A DNA stretch of 64,000 nucleotides from Squalus acanthias (lineage: Eukaryota): the NCBI GenBank assembly GCA_030390025.1, contig CM059432.1, positions 143,532,001 through 143,596,000 on the forward strand. The letters are read 5' to 3'. The position numbers and the translations under genes are program-made. Positions 49,045-62,280 of this stretch are shown here, in pieces. Below the pieces are notes generated by a model. That model ran no database searches and was not told the origin of the DNA. It was given only the letters and a program-made list of their open reading frames with translations. How positions within the stretch are numbered: the stretch's first letter is position 1; every line of letters starts with the position of its first letter.

Positions 49045-49525
49045 TACGTAGGCTGATACCTGGGATGGCAGGAATGACGTATGAGGAGAGATTGGGTCGA
49101 TTAGGCTTATATTCGCTGGAGTTTAGAAGAATGAGAGGGGATCTCATTGAAACTTATAAAATTCTAACGGGACTAGACAGACTAGATGCAGGAAGGATGT
49201 TCCCGATGGCGGGGGAGTCCAGAACCAGGGGTCACAGTCTAAGGATAAGGGGTAAGCCATTTAGGACTGAGATGAGGAGGAATTTCTTCACCCAGAGAGT
49301 GGTGAACCTGTGGAATTCTCTGCTACAGAAGGCAATAGAGGCCAATTCATTAAATAGATTCAAGAAGGAGTTGGATATATTTCTTAAGGCTAAAGGGATC
49401 AAGGAATATGGGGAGAAAGCAGGGACAGGGTTCTGAGTTTGGATGATCAGCCATGATCTCATTAAATGGCGGAGCAGGCTCGAGGGGCCGAATGGCCTAC
49501 TCCTGCTCCTATCTTCTCTGTTTCT
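49045..49525 (+). mobile_element. CR1 3' fragment
   Basis: Near-identical to 9275-9745. Confidence 0.88.
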
Positions 49526-50708
49526 AAGCTGATGACCCAGCTTTATCTGTCCAACACCAGCCTCTACTCCATGGCTGTTGTGCTGTCCAACTGCCTGTCC
49601 AGGATGAGCCAAAACTTTGTCCAAACAAACATCAGAAACACTGAACCCAGCTGGTTCACATCTTACCAGAAACTCCATATCCTTGCCACAGCTCCCGTCC
49701 TCATAACCGGCCCCTCATTCAATTTAAAGTGAGGGTTAAATTATGAGGACAGGTTGCATCAACTTGGCTTGAGTTTAGACGGTTGAGGGATTACCTGATG
49801 ATAAAAGGATTTGATAGGGTAGATAGAGAGATACTAATTCCTCTGGTGGGTGGGGGGGGGGGGGCGTCCAGAACAAGGGGACATCCCAGTATTCAGAGCC
49901 AGAGTTCCAGTCTCCACTCACCGGGACTGTCTGGAGTGGGGTTTGAGCCCTGCACCGTCTGACGCCAAGGCTGGGAATGCGACCGCTCGGCCTCACTTAA
50001 CAAGTGGCACTGCCACTTCTGCTTCAACGCTTAGCCAAAACCACTTTACCTGGGAGCAAGAGTAGAAGTGTGAATGAAGAAGGAAGGAGTGGTTGTATGA
50101 GCCTTATTCTGGTATCTGTGTGAGAGACATGAGGATACCCTGTTAGTGAAAGCTATTGATGTTCAGGTCAGACCTGCTGCAATCCAAGAAAACTTTTACA
50201 GAATCTTCATACCTATGAATAGATGGCATTCGTCACAACCCAACGCAATTACACCAGCGCCACCAATATCATTTATTTCCTACATCACAATGGTGACTAC
50301 ACCACAAAAAGCACTTCATTGGTTGTGAAAGGCGCACTATAATTGCAAGTCCTTTCTTTTTTACACTGGTATTCGCTGAAGTATCGACCTCTTCCCTGCA
50401 CAGCTGGGAAGAATGTGAGAAAATGCCCCTCGAAGCCCATCCTTCTTATGAGTGATGGCGCAAATTTTATGACTGAGCTCTCCGTCTCCCGACGCAAGCC
50501 TTCATATAACGAGAGCACACGTTCGAAGTTGAGCCTCTCGATTTCCCATCTGTTTTGTGACCTCTGGTCCCAAATACCCAACAAGTGTTGCCATTTTATT
50601 GTGGAGATCGATGGGCTACTTTTTTTTTAAAAGGTGCATTTTAAAAATTACCCGCAGTTACTTCCTCACATAGATGTGAATTTATCCTTTCAAATTTCCC
50701 TTGCCCAG

Positions 50709-50883
50709 GTACCGAACCCCAGCAGATCTGTGACGTGTTTGTCGTAAATGGTAACGATTCGAGCCAACTCGCCAACGGTTTCACCTACACCTCAGCCTTG
50801 ACCCCTGTAATTACCGCCGTTGACCCCAGCCGAGGAGGGACTGCGGGAGGCACCAAGCTGACCATCACAGGAGCAGGCTTCAG
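50709..50883 (+). CDS. PKHD1L1: PKHD1L1 exon, GC donor
   Basis: GTEPQQICDVFVVNGNDSSQLANGFTYTSALTPVITAVDPSRGGTAGGTKLTITGAGF; ends CAG/gcgagt, phase 2 matches the next exon. Confidence 0.91.
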
Positions 50884-50944
50884 GCGAGTGAAGGCCCCAA
50901 GTTAAATCAAACGTCATATTCGGAGTAACTTTTATATTCTTAGA

Positions 50945-51730
50945 ACTTAAGAACATAAGAAATAGGAGCAGGAGCAGGAGTAGGCCATTTGGCCCCTCAA
51001 GCCCATTCAATAAGATCATGGCCGATCTTCTTCCTCATCTCCACTTTCCTGCACTATCCCCGTATCCCTTGATTCCCTTAATATTCAAAAATCTATCGAT
51101 CTCTGTCTTGAATATACTCAACGACTGAGCCTCCACAGCCCTCTGGGGTAGAGAATTCCAAAGATTCACCACCCTCTGAGTTTCAATGAGATCACCTCTC
51201 ATTCTTCTAAACTCTAGAGAATATAGGCCCAGTCTACTCAAGCTCTCCTCATAGGACAATTCCTCCCATCCCTGGAATCAGTCTGGTGAACCTTCGTTGC
51301 ACTCCCTCTATGGCAAGTATATCCTTCCTTAGGTAAGGAGATCAAAACTGTACACAGTACTCCAGGTGTGGTCTCACCAGGGCACTATATAATTGAAGTA
51401 AGACGTCTTTACTCTTATACTCAAATCCTCTTGTAATAAAGGCCAACATACTATTTGCTTTCCTAATTGCTTGCTGTACCTGCATGTTAGCTTTCAGTGA
51501 TTCGTGTACAAGGACACCCAGGTCCCTCTGAACACCAACATTTCCCAATCTCTCTCCATTTAAAAAATACTCTGCTTTTCTATTTTTCCTACCAAAGTGG
51601 ATAACTTCACATTTCTCCACATTATATTCCATTTGCCATGTTCTTGCCCACTCACTTAGCTTGTCTATATCCCCTTGAAACCTCCTTGCTTCCTCCTCAC
51701 AACTTACATTCCCACCCAGCTTTTGTATCA
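50945..51730 (-). mobile_element. CR1 3' fragment with internal deletion
   Basis: KLGGNVSCEE...LVRPHLEYCVQF...GDLIET/QRVVNLW. Confidence 0.85.
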
Positions 51731-52393
51731 TCTATTCTTCCAATACTTTCACACTCCATTTTTATTTGTTACAATCAGTTGAGTTGTTATTTTGTATTAA
51801 ACGTTCGCAGCACAATTATTATTCTAATAAGTATATGTTAATGCAAAGTACACGAAAGCCAGTTTAAAATTACGCTGCATATTTTACTAAATAGGCTTCT
51901 CGTTTTTAACCTGTTCTTGCCAGTCGTCCCTTCTCCCCTCCTTCCAGAATCCGATGACCCCTGACTGAGGTGCGTTTCCACCTTGCTGCCTGGTACCTCA
52001 GCGCGAGTGTCGTCAGACTATCCGTTCACATGTGACGTCGCAGCAAGCTCCTTGTTCAATATCCCAGTTTGGAGTGACGCGACGCTAGCAGGGCAGAGTT
52101 ATACTGCCGGCTCGGCGTCACGCTCCAAACAATGGAACAAGAAGCATAGAAGATAGGAGCAGGAGTAGGCCATTCAGCCCCTCGAGCCTGCTCCGCCATT
52201 CAATGAGATCATGGCTGATCATCCAAATGTCCACCATCTGCCAGTTTAAGCTTCAATGGTGCTGAGAAGCCAATGGAAGGTTACAAATTAGGTTTACAAA
52301 GCTTTTCTATGTACAGTATATGAGCAATTCAAGGCATGACGTGTGGTGAGTGTAGGGTGCTCATGAGGAACAGGTGACTTTGGACCTATGGTG

Positions 52394-52843
52394 TCAGCCG
52401 TGGCTCAGTGGGTAGCACCCTCGACTCTGAGTCAGAAGGTCGTGGGTTCAAGTCTCACTCCAGGGACTTGAACACATAAATCTAGGCTGACACTCCAGTG
52501 CAGTGCTGAGGGAATGCTGCACTGTCGGAGGTGCCGTCTTTTGGATGAGATGTTAAACCGAGGCCCCGTCTGCTCTCTCAGGTGGACGTAAAAGATCCCA
52601 TGGCACTATTTCAAAGAAGAGCAGGGGAGTTATCCCCGGTGTCCTGGCCAATATTTATCATTCAAGCGATATCACTTAAACAGGTTATCTGGCCTTTATC
52701 ACATTGCTGTTTGGGGGAGCTTGCTGTGTGCAAATTGGCTTCCATGCTTCCTACATTACAACAGTGACTACACTTCAAAAATACTTCACTGGCTGTAAAG
52801 CACTTTGGGATGTCTGGTGGTCGTGAAAGGCCCTATATAAATA
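52394..52843 (+). mobile_element. Deu-domain (SacSINE1-like) tRNA-derived SINE
   Basis: A box TGGCTCAGTGG, B box GGTTCAAGTC, Deu core GATGAGATGTTAAACCGAGGCCCCGTCTG...GATCCCATGGCAC. Confidence 0.85.
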
Positions 52844-52845
52844 AC

Positions 52846-55800
52846 GGTAGCGTAGTGGTAATGTCACTGGACTAGTAATCCAGAGGCCTGGACTAATGAT
52901 CCAGAGACGTGAGTTCAAATCCCACCACAGCAGCTGGGGAATTTAAATTCAGTTAATTAAATAAATCTGGAATATAAAGCTAGTATCAGTAATGGTGACC
53001 ATGTAACTACCGGATTGTTGTAAAAACCCATCTGGTTCACTAATGTCCTTTAGGGAAGGAAATCTGCCATCCTTACCTGGCCTATATGTGACTCCAGACC
53101 CACAGCAATGTGGTTGACTCTTAACTGCCCTCTGAAATGACCCAGTAAGCCACTCAGTTGTAACAAACCGCTACAACAAACAATAATAAGAATGAAACCG
53201 GACAGACCACCCGGCACCGGCTACGGACACAGCAACGGCACACCCAGCCCAGTCAACCCTGCAAAGTCCTCCTCACCAACATCTGGGGACTTGTGCCACA
53301 ATTGGGAGAGCTGTCCCACAGACTAGTCAAGCAACAGCCTGACATAGTCATACTCACAGAATCATACCTTTCAGCCAATGTCCCAAACTCCTCCATCACC
53401 ATCCTTGGGTATGTCCTGACCCACCGGCAGGACAGACCCACCAGGGGTGGCGGCACAGTGGTATACAGTCGGGAAGGAGTGGCCCTGGGAGTCCTCAACA
53501 TTGACTCCGGACCCCATGAAGTCTCATGGCTTCAGGTCAAGCATGGGCAAGGAAACCTCCTGCTGATTACCACCTACCGCCCTCCCTCAGCTGATGAATC
53601 AGTACTCTACCATGTCGAACACCACTTGGAAGAAGCACTGAGAGTAGCAAGTGTACAGAATGTACTCTGGGTGGGGGACTTCAATGTCCATCACCAAGAG
53701 TGGCTCGGTAGCACCACTACTGACCGAGCTGGCCGAGTCCTGAAGGCCATAGCTGCCAGTCTGGGCCTGCGACAGGTGGTGAGAGAACCAACACGAGGGA
53801 TAAACCTACTTGACCTCGTCCTCACCAATCTACCTGTCACAGATGCATCTGTCCATGACAGCATTGGTAGCAGTGACCACCGCACAGTCAATGTGGAGAC
53901 GAAGTCCCGTCTTCACACCGAGGACACCCTCCAGCGTGTTGTGTGGCACTACCACCGTGCTAAATGGGATAGAGTGTGCGTAGACGCAAGTGTCGTCTGC
54001 ATACTGTAATTCGATGACAGAGGATGGGACGACCTTGGATCTGGACTAGAGGCGACGGAGGTTGAACAGTTTCCCGTTTGTTCTGTAGATTAGCTCCACT
54101 CCAGCATAGAGCTTACTGAGGGTGAGATGGAGCATTGCAGCCAGGAAGATCGAGAAGAGCATTGGTGCGATGAGACAGCCTTGCTTGACCCCGGTCCATA
54201 CGTGAATTGGGTCTGTGGTGGATCCGTTGGTCAGGATCACGGCTTGCATGTCGTCGTGAAGCAGGCGGAGGATGGTGACAAACGTTTGAGGGCAGCCAAA
54301 TTTGAGGAGGACACTCCATAATCCCTCATGGTTGATGGTGTCGAAGACCTTTGTGAGGTTAAAGAAGGCTATGTACAGCGGTTGGTGCTGTTCCCTGCAA
54401 TTCTCTTGTAGTTGACGCGCGGTGAAGATCATGTCCATTGTGCCCCTTAGTGGGCGGAATCCGCATTGCGACTCTGGGAGGAGCTCTTCAGCCACTGGGA
54501 GAAGGCGATTGAGGAGGATTCTTACAATTACTTTCCCTGTGGCAGACAGTAAGGAGACTCCTCTGTAATTACCGCAATTGGACTTGTCACCTTTCTTGAA
54601 GATGGTCACGATTACGGCCCTTCAACCACCGTCTGCCCCACCTGTGACAAAGACTGTAGTTCCCACATTGGACTCATCAGTCACATGAGAACTCATTTTT
54701 AGTGTGGAAGCAAGTCATCCTCGGTTCCGAGGGACTGCCTAAGAAGAAGAAGAAATGGGATAGATTCAGAACAGATCTAGCAGCTCAAAACTGGGCATCC
54801 ATGAGGCACTGTGGGCCATCGGCAACTGCAAAATTGTATTCCACCACAATCTGTAACCTCATGGCCTGGCATATCCCTCACTCTACCATTACCATCAAGT
54901 CAGGGGACCAACCCTGGTTCAATAAGGAGTATAGAAGAGTGTGCCAGAAGCAGCACCAGTCGTACCGAAAAATGCGGTGCCAACCTGGGGAAGCTGCAAC
55001 ACAGGACTACATGCATGCTAAAAAGCGGAAGCAGCATGCTATAGACAGGGCTAAGCGATCCCACAATCAACAGATCAGATCAAAGCTCTGCAGTCCTGCC
55101 ACATCCAGTCGTGAATGGTGGTGGACCATTAAACAACTAACAGGAGGAGGAGGCTCCATGAATATCCCCATCTCCAATGATGGTGGAGCCCAGCACGTGA
55201 GTGCAAAAGACAAGGCTGAAACATTTGCAACCATTTTCAGCCAGAAGTGCCGAGTGGATGAACCATATCGGCCTCCTTCTGAGGTCCCCACCATCACAGA
55301 AGCCAGTCTTCAGCCAATTCGATTCACTCCACGTGATATCAAGAAACGGCTGAGTGCACTGGATACAGCAAAGGCTATGGGCCCCGACAACATCCCAGCT
55401 ATCATGCTGAAGACTTATACTCCAGAATGAGCCATGCCTCTAGCCAAACTGTTCCAGTACAGCTACAACAATGGCATCTATCCAACAATCTGGAAAACTG
55501 CCCAGGTATGTCCTGTCCACAAAAAGCAGGACAAATCCAATCTGGTCAATTGCCACCCCATCAGTGTACTCTCAATCACCAGCAAAGTGATGGAAGGTGT
55601 CATCGACAGTGCTATCAAGCGGCACTTACTCACCAATAACCTACTCACTGATGCCCAGTTTGGGTTCCACCAAGACCACTCAGCTGCCGACCTCATTACA
55701 GCCTTGGTCCAAAAGTGGACAAAGGAGCTGAATTCCAGAGGTGAGGTGAGTGACTGCCCTTGACATCAAGGCAGCATTTGACCGAGTATGGCATCAAGGA

Positions 55801-56900
55801 GCCCTAGTAAAACTGAAGTCAAAGGGAATAGGGGGGAAAACTCTCCACTGCCTAAGTCATACCTAGCACAAAGAAGATGGTTGTGGTGGTTGGAAGTCAA
55901 TGATCACAGCCCCAGGACATCGCTATAGGAGTTCCTCAGGGCAGCTGCTTCATCAATGACCTTCCCTCCAACATAAGGTCAGAAATGGGGATGTTCGCTG
56001 ATGACTGCACGGTGTTCAGCACCATTCGCAACCCCTCAGATAATGAAGCAGTCCATGCCCGCATGCAACACGACGTGGACGACATTCAAGCTTGGGCTGA
56101 TAAGTGGCAGGTAACATTCGCGCCACACAAGTGCCAGGCAATGACTATCTCCAACAAGCAAGAGTCTAACCACCGCCCCTTGACATTCAGCGGCATTACC
56201 ATCGCCGAATCCCCCCACCATCAACATCCTGGGGGTCACCATTGACCAGAAATTTAACTGGACCAGCCACATAAATACTGTAGCAACAAGAGCAGGTCAG
56301 AGGCTAGGTATTCTGTGGCGAGTGTCTCACCTCCTGACTCCACAAAGCCTTTCTACTATCTACAAGGCACAAGTAAGGAGTGTGATGGCATATTCTCCTC
56401 TTGCCTGGATGAGTGCAGCTCCAACAACACTCAAGAAGCTCGACACCATCCAGGACAAAGCAGCCCGCTTGATTGGCACCCCATCCAATGCCTTAAACAT
56501 TCACTCCCTCCACCACCGGCGTACCATGGTTGCAGTGTGTACCATCTACAAGATGCGCTGCAGCAACTCGCCAAGGCTTCTTTGGCAGCACCTCCCAAAC
56601 CCGTGACCTCTTCCACCTAGAAGGACAAGGGCAGCAGGCGCATGGGAACACCACCTCTAAGTTCCCCTCCAAGTCACACACCATCCTGACTTGGAAATAT
56701 ATTGTCGTTCCTTCATCGTCGCTGGGTCAAAATCCTGGAACTCCCTCCCTAACAGCACTGTGGGAATACCTTCACCACATGGACTGCAGCGGTTCAAGAA
56801 GGCGGCTCACCGCCACCTTCTCGAGGGCAATTAGGGATGGGCAATAAATGCTGGCCTTGCCAGTGACACCCACATCCCATGAATGAATTTAAAAAAAAAA
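52846..56900 (+). mobile_element. Near full-length CR1-group (L2/Crack-like) LINE with tRNA-like 5' head and a single APE-RT ORF, decayed
   Basis: APE (PDIVILTES, GDFNVHH, SDHR) from ~53260, RT (KAMGPDNIP, QFGF, FADD), A-rich tail; several frameshifts. Confidence 0.85.
53974..54752. mobile_element. RTE insertion with inverted 5' segment
   Basis: Minus-strand RT (NYRGVSLL, ESQCGFR, GVKQGC) joined to plus-strand 3' end with (AAG)n; 12-bp TSD AAATGGGATAGA. Confidence 0.9.
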
Positions 56901-57461
56901 GTATTTTCTTTTGGTTCCCAAAGCTCTCCACCACTTGGGATTTTCCTCACCTTATGTCTGTAGACTAAACTATAGAGATTGAATGCCATGATTAGTCAGC
57001 AACTCCATTATTGTTGTATCATGCAACTACCAGGATGGTAGATGGTGGACTAGATGAACCTTGGTCTTTTTTTCATCTCGTAATTCATATGTTGCTATGT
57101 TTACACAGGTGGCTTGGACGCAAAGCAAAACCGTTTCACATCAATGCAAATATATGCTGACTTATTAGTCCTTGTTTTTCTCTATGTGATCCAGACTGAT
57201 TTACTGAATATGGTTGTTAAGCACCATCCCACTAAATATTGGAAAAATCTTAAATAAAATTAAATTATATACATTCAAAAGTACATCTAAAATCGAACGA
57301 TATTTCTTAGTGAATAGAAACACAATGGAAAAGGATGGAGAACCGTTTTAACCTGTGTTGTTTGTGTGCAATGTCAAGGGCCTGACGTCAGCATAAGCCT
57401 AGTTAAGTGTCACTCGCCTGTAATGTCTAATTCTCTAACAACGTCCTGTTTCCACTCTTAG

Positions 57462-57618
57462 TTCCAACATAAATGAGACCGTTGTCACCATAGCTGAGGC
57501 TCCCTGTGAGATCCAGTTTGTGAATGAAACCAACATTGTGTGTGTCACCAGTGCGCAGTCTCCCTCCCAACAAACTAACGTCAAAGTCAACGTAAAGGGA
57601 AGTGGCATCGCCAAGCTG
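57462..57618 (+). CDS. PKHD1L1: PKHD1L1 exon
   Basis: tag/gtaag; SNINETVVTIAEAPCEIQFVNETNIVCVTSAQSPSQQTNVKVNVKGSGIAKL. Confidence 0.93.
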
Positions 57619-57842
57619 GTAAGAGAACTCGTGAGTCTTCCCAAGAGACCAAGGGCCTGAAATTTGGTGGGGGAAGCGGGGGGGTTCTTGGTGCAAAGGT
57701 GGTTTAGTTCTGGTGCAGGGGATTGGAACTTGGGGCATCAGTTAGATACACCAGTGTCATACCCCTTCTAAAATACAGGCTCAATTCCGGTAAACTTGGC
57801 TGTTGGCAGAAGATGAGCTTGCCCCCAGACTGGTGCACATTT

Positions 57843-58131
57843 TAGGGGTTGCCAACCCTCCAGGATTGCCCTGGAGTCTCCAGGAATTAATGATTGATCT
57901 CCAGGGCGCTGCTAGGAGCAACACTCGGGAGAACAATCACCGGGCCCTTAAAAATAATTGAGGTTTTTAAAAAATATTTTCTTGGAATACTTTTGTTTAT
58001 TTAGTTATAAAAAAATACTGGAGATGGAGGGGTGGGGGGGAAAGGCTGTTTGCGCAGGCAGGGCGGTTGGAAGGTGGGAGGTCCTGTGATGAAACCTCCA
58101 GGATTGTGTCCAACCAGAGTTGGCAACCCTA
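57843..58131 (+). mobile_element. MITE with TAGGG(G)TTGCCAAC TIRs (possibly hAT)
   Basis: TAGGGGTTGCCAAC ... GTTGGCAACCCTA. Confidence 0.7.
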
Positions 58132-58440
58132 CCTTTATGGAAATGAGATGGTGCTGGTGAGGACCAAAGGGGCAGGCCCAGAGATTACATTTACACCGGA
58201 ATTACACCTGACTTAAGTTAAGCCTGTCAAGAAGAGGGGGCAAAGAGACCTGCAGGACTTGTCAAAGTGGTTTTGAGTTCACAGGCTTTGAATGTCTACA
58301 GACTTGGGCTGAAACAATCAGATTATGACTGAAGCGATTTAGAACAAAATCTGCGTATATTTTCGGGTGGAACTAAAGACCAGTGACCAAGACTGTTGCA
58401 GATCGGAATGTATCATTATCTACTCTTTATTTTGGCCCAG

Positions 58441-58597
58441 GAATATGCAGATTTCTACTACATTGATGTCTGGTCCTCCCGTTACACATGGGGAGGTGAG
58501 TCGCCACCTGAGAAAGGCTCACTTGTCGTTATCACCAAAGGGCAGACAATACTGCTGGATCAGAGCACCCCCATATTGAAGATGCTCCTCATTCAAG
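58441..58597 (+). CDS. PKHD1L1: PKHD1L1 exon (start of G8 domain)
   Basis: cag/gtaat; EYADFYYIDVWSSRYTWGGESPPEKGSLVVITKGQTILLDQSTPILKMLLIQ, very close to recalled mammalian fibrocystin-L. Confidence 0.97.
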
Positions 58598-58962
58598 GTA
58601 ATTGAACTAAAAGCCTCATTGACTGAAGAATCAAAACGAAATATGTTTCACTGTACAGCCCAGGACACAGTCTAATACTGAGAAAAAACTGGGTTACACA
58701 GCGAGTTGGCTGAGGCCTCTTGCCTCTGCATCCTGAGTTCATAGTATGATACAGCACAGAAGGAGGCCATTCGGCCCACCGTCATAGTTCAGACCGGTTG
58801 GATTGAAGTCTCCACTGTCTTCTGGGTGCAAAGGTCCTTCATGAAAGGAGTGTTGGACAGTCCGAACCCAGTCCCCAAAACCCGCAGACACCCAGGACAA
58901 AGCTGCTGACAATTCGGCACCAATTGGAATCACAAGCCTGGCTTGTATAGAGCAGCGATATT

Positions 58963-59688
58963 GGGGGGAAAATTCGGTTGGTTAGCGCCTCTGGGGGGCG
59001 CTAACGGGGCGCTAGGAACTTAGCTCCCGAGCGCGCCGATTTTAGCGCCGCTCGCGAAATTGACCAGTCGTTTTGTGGCAGCGCTAAACACTACCGCCAC
59101 GATCTCCTGCGCCCGCAGATGGTGACGTCAGTCAAGCGTGTAGCGCCCCGGACCGGATATTGAGTCGCGCCCCCTACCTTAGCGCCTGCCGCTAAGAACG
59201 ACAGGTAGAGGGGAACGTTTTCAAGTCGGGGAGGGGCTGGGGGAGCGCTATTTAAAGGCGGGCGCTTCCTGCCTTTTCTTGTCGGCAAAAGTTCCTAAGC
59301 GCCGAGCTCTTTCCCTGGGCCTGTCCATTAGTGCTTCCAACACAATTGCTTTTGAGGTCTCTCCAGGCTGAGATTCAAGGCTGCAATGAGCAGGGTGTGG
59401 CTGGCCAGCAAGATGGCCCCTTCCCTTTAAGAACTGGACGGCGCCAGTCTGTCTGGCTTCCATGGTAACTGACATCGCCTGAGCTTCGGTAGCGTTCTGA
59501 GGTAGCGCCTCGCTCCCTGACGTTAGCGCTTTAAGAGAGGTGTGTAGCACCTGATTTAGCGCTCAAATCACCTCCAGGGGCGATAGAGGTGAATTTTGCA
59601 GTCGGAGGCGATAATTAGCGCCGGGCGCTAAACTTTGCGCCCGGCCAATATTAGCGCCCCAAAATGGGCGATACCCAATTTTTCCCCC
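58963..59688 (+). mobile_element. Non-autonomous Harbinger (MITE) related to 13366-17567
   Basis: TIRs GGGGGGAAAATT / AATTTTTCCCCC, TSD ATT; subterminals homologous to the full element. Confidence 0.92.
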
Positions 59689-60277
59689 ATTGTATTGTAA
59701 ATGAGTTTGGTTGTTTTATTTCTAATGACCTTTGAATATTCTCTATAAAGTACCGAGCTCTACAAGGTGGAAATGTTGTATGGCTCCACACTACAGCGGG
59801 TACGGAATTCATTTAGGCAAGTTTTTGGGCCTGAAATGGGCCCAAAGCCCACCCAAACATGGGCCTCAGGTAGATTATTCGGGTGAGTTGCTGGCACCTC
59901 TGGCCTCTCCACAGGCAGCTCGCCCGTTTTAGAAAGGTCAATGTCGGACCGTTTGCCTCGCCGGCAGCAGCCTGAAGGGAACTCTGAGAGAGCGAACCGA
60001 TCGCAAGTACTGTGGAGCCGGGGGAGCGTTCCTGCTCATCATGGCTCCACAGGAATAATGACTTGCCTTACGTTGGCGGTCGCTGTAGACTGCGTATCAG
60101 AGCAGGCCGAGCACCTGCCCACCGTCCGCACTTTTGGCAAGTGGTCTTTAAAAACAGGCGCTAGACCCTTATTTACATGTGTATTTCTGCCCCCAGGAGT
60201 GGCTGCAGTGAGGCTTGCTGTACAGAACTGAAGCTGGGTTCTCCATATGTGGCCCCAGTGAAGCACAGAGCTCGAAA

Positions 60278-60750
60278 TTACATAGAATGTACAGCACAGA
60301 AACAGGCCATTCGCCCCAACAGGTCTATGCAGGTGTTCATGCTCCACACGAGCCTCCTCCCACCCCTCTTCATCTCACCCTATTGGCTTATCCTTCTATT
60401 CCTTTCTCCCTCATGTGTTTATCTCACTTCCCCTTAAATGCATCTGTGCTATTCACCTCAACTACTCCTTGTGGTAGCGAGTTCCACATTCTCACTACTC
60501 TCTGGGTAAAGAAGTTTCTCCTGAATTCCCGATTGGATTTATTAGTGACTATCTTATATTTATGGCCCCTAGTTCTGGACTCTCCCACAAGTGGAAACCT
60601 TTCATAATCTTCAAGACTTCTATCAGGTCACCCCTCAGTCTTTTCTTTTCTACAGAAAAGAGCCACAGCCTGTTCAGATTTCCTGATAGGTATAACATCT
60701 CAGTTCTGGTATCATCCTTGTAAATCTTGTTTGCACCTTCTCCAGTGCCT
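60278..60750 (-). mobile_element. CR1 3' fragment
   Basis: Same family as the 3' end at 26600-27100. Confidence 0.8.
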
Positions 60751-60913
60751 CAGGCTCAACAGCAAAAATGCTTTGACTTAACCTACTTAATCGCAGTCAA
60801 AGATAGACACCAAGCAGCGACCGGGGGCAGAGTGGTACATCACTGTTCACTGGTGCTGGTGGGCTATGGAGTAGGTGATTAGGATCACGTCCCTGAACCT
60901 CTTGTGTGTGCAG

Positions 60914-60993
60914 GTGGAACACTCATGTTCGATGAAGCTGACATTGAGCTGCAGGCAGAGAACATTCTCATCACAGATGGAGGACTTCTCCAG
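60914..60993 (+). CDS. PKHD1L1: PKHD1L1 exon (G8)
   Basis: cag/gtaaa; GGTLMFDEADIELQAENILITDGGLLQ. Confidence 0.96.
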
Positions 60994-62150
60994 GTAAACA
61001 CCATATGGAATCAACGCTAATTGATCAGAGTTTAGGGGGCGTGCCTCTCCTGTTTGTGGGTGGACGTGATGTGGGATAATTCTGGACCCGCAAGGACTTC
61101 CAGATAAACTTATTTGTACATTATTTGCAAGGAAATTGCACATGTATTTGGAAAAAGAAAATAGTAGGATGTGAAGAAATGGGATAGAGTGGACAGATTA
61201 ATACTGGCTCAGGCCCGATGGCCTTCTGCTGTGCTGCACATCCCATGATTCCGCATTGGCCCAGGAAGGTTGTGCGCCGCGAGGATGGATGTGTCGGGCG
61301 ACCAATGGCGGGAGTGTGGGGGGGGGGCGGGGCGGTTGGAGGCGGGAGGTCATGTGACGAAACCTCCAGGAATATGTCCAATGAGAGTTGGCGACCCTAC
61401 AAACTCTGGAGAGGCCAGCGCTGGAGGGCACAGGCGGGCAGGATCCCAGAGCAACCGCCAGAATCCTGCCCCCCCCCCCCACTCCCCCCACCGATTCAGC
61501 CAATGAATAGGCCTGACTCTGTACCTTTACAAGCATTGTGGTTGCAAGAGGCACTAGGGGGTTTGGGCCTGCCAATCTGATCTGTGGCACCTCCACTGGG
61601 TTCCTGGCTAGTCTAAAGTCACCCAACATTTCAGACTGGTAGGCAAGCGTCTGTGCTGAAGTACGAGATTAACACAGGCGATGCAAGGTGCCCACTGTGG
61701 TCGTAGAGGCAAAAGAGGTGTTTGTGGGGTAGAATCCAGATCTGCTCAGCTACAGATTCATTAAAACTGCGACCACAATTTTTTTTTTTAAGTTTCTCTT
61801 TCTTCCTGCACTTTTATTTGGCCACAGGCGGAAAGATATCGTGGTCCGCATCCCCGATCAGTCGCTCCCAGGAACAGACCCGTGCGTTGTGGGAGATCGA
61901 GGCCTGCTCCTGATTTCCCGTCTGTTTCAGTTATTGGATGGAAAATCAGGGGGATTGAGAGCTGTGAATCCTCGATCAGCAGTCCCTGCGAGTGTCACTC
62001 CCCGCCCCTTCACCCCCATTGGGAATTCGGCCATAGAATAAAGTTTAACGATGGGTTGGACACGGAGGGTTGCAATTCTGGTTTAAGGGGATGAATGCTG
62101 AGGGGGTACTTGCCAATAAAACTACTTTTGAACCCTTTTCTTGCGGCTAG

Positions 62151-62280
62151 ATTGGAACTGAGTATGCTCCATTCAGACACAAAGCGATAATCACGTTGCA
62201 TGGTCACCTCCGCGCTAGGGAACTCCCCCTGTACGGATCCAAGACACTCGCTGTTCGAGAGGGAACTCTGGACCTCCACG
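62151..62280 (+). CDS. PKHD1L1: PKHD1L1 exon (G8)
   Basis: tag/gtaag; IGTEYAPFRHKAIITLHGHLRARELPLYGSKTLAVREGTLDLH. Confidence 0.96.

Noticed and set aside
52846..52925. Functional tRNA-Thr gene
   Set aside because: Internal duplication, no clear acceptor stem or terminator; continuous with a retroelement
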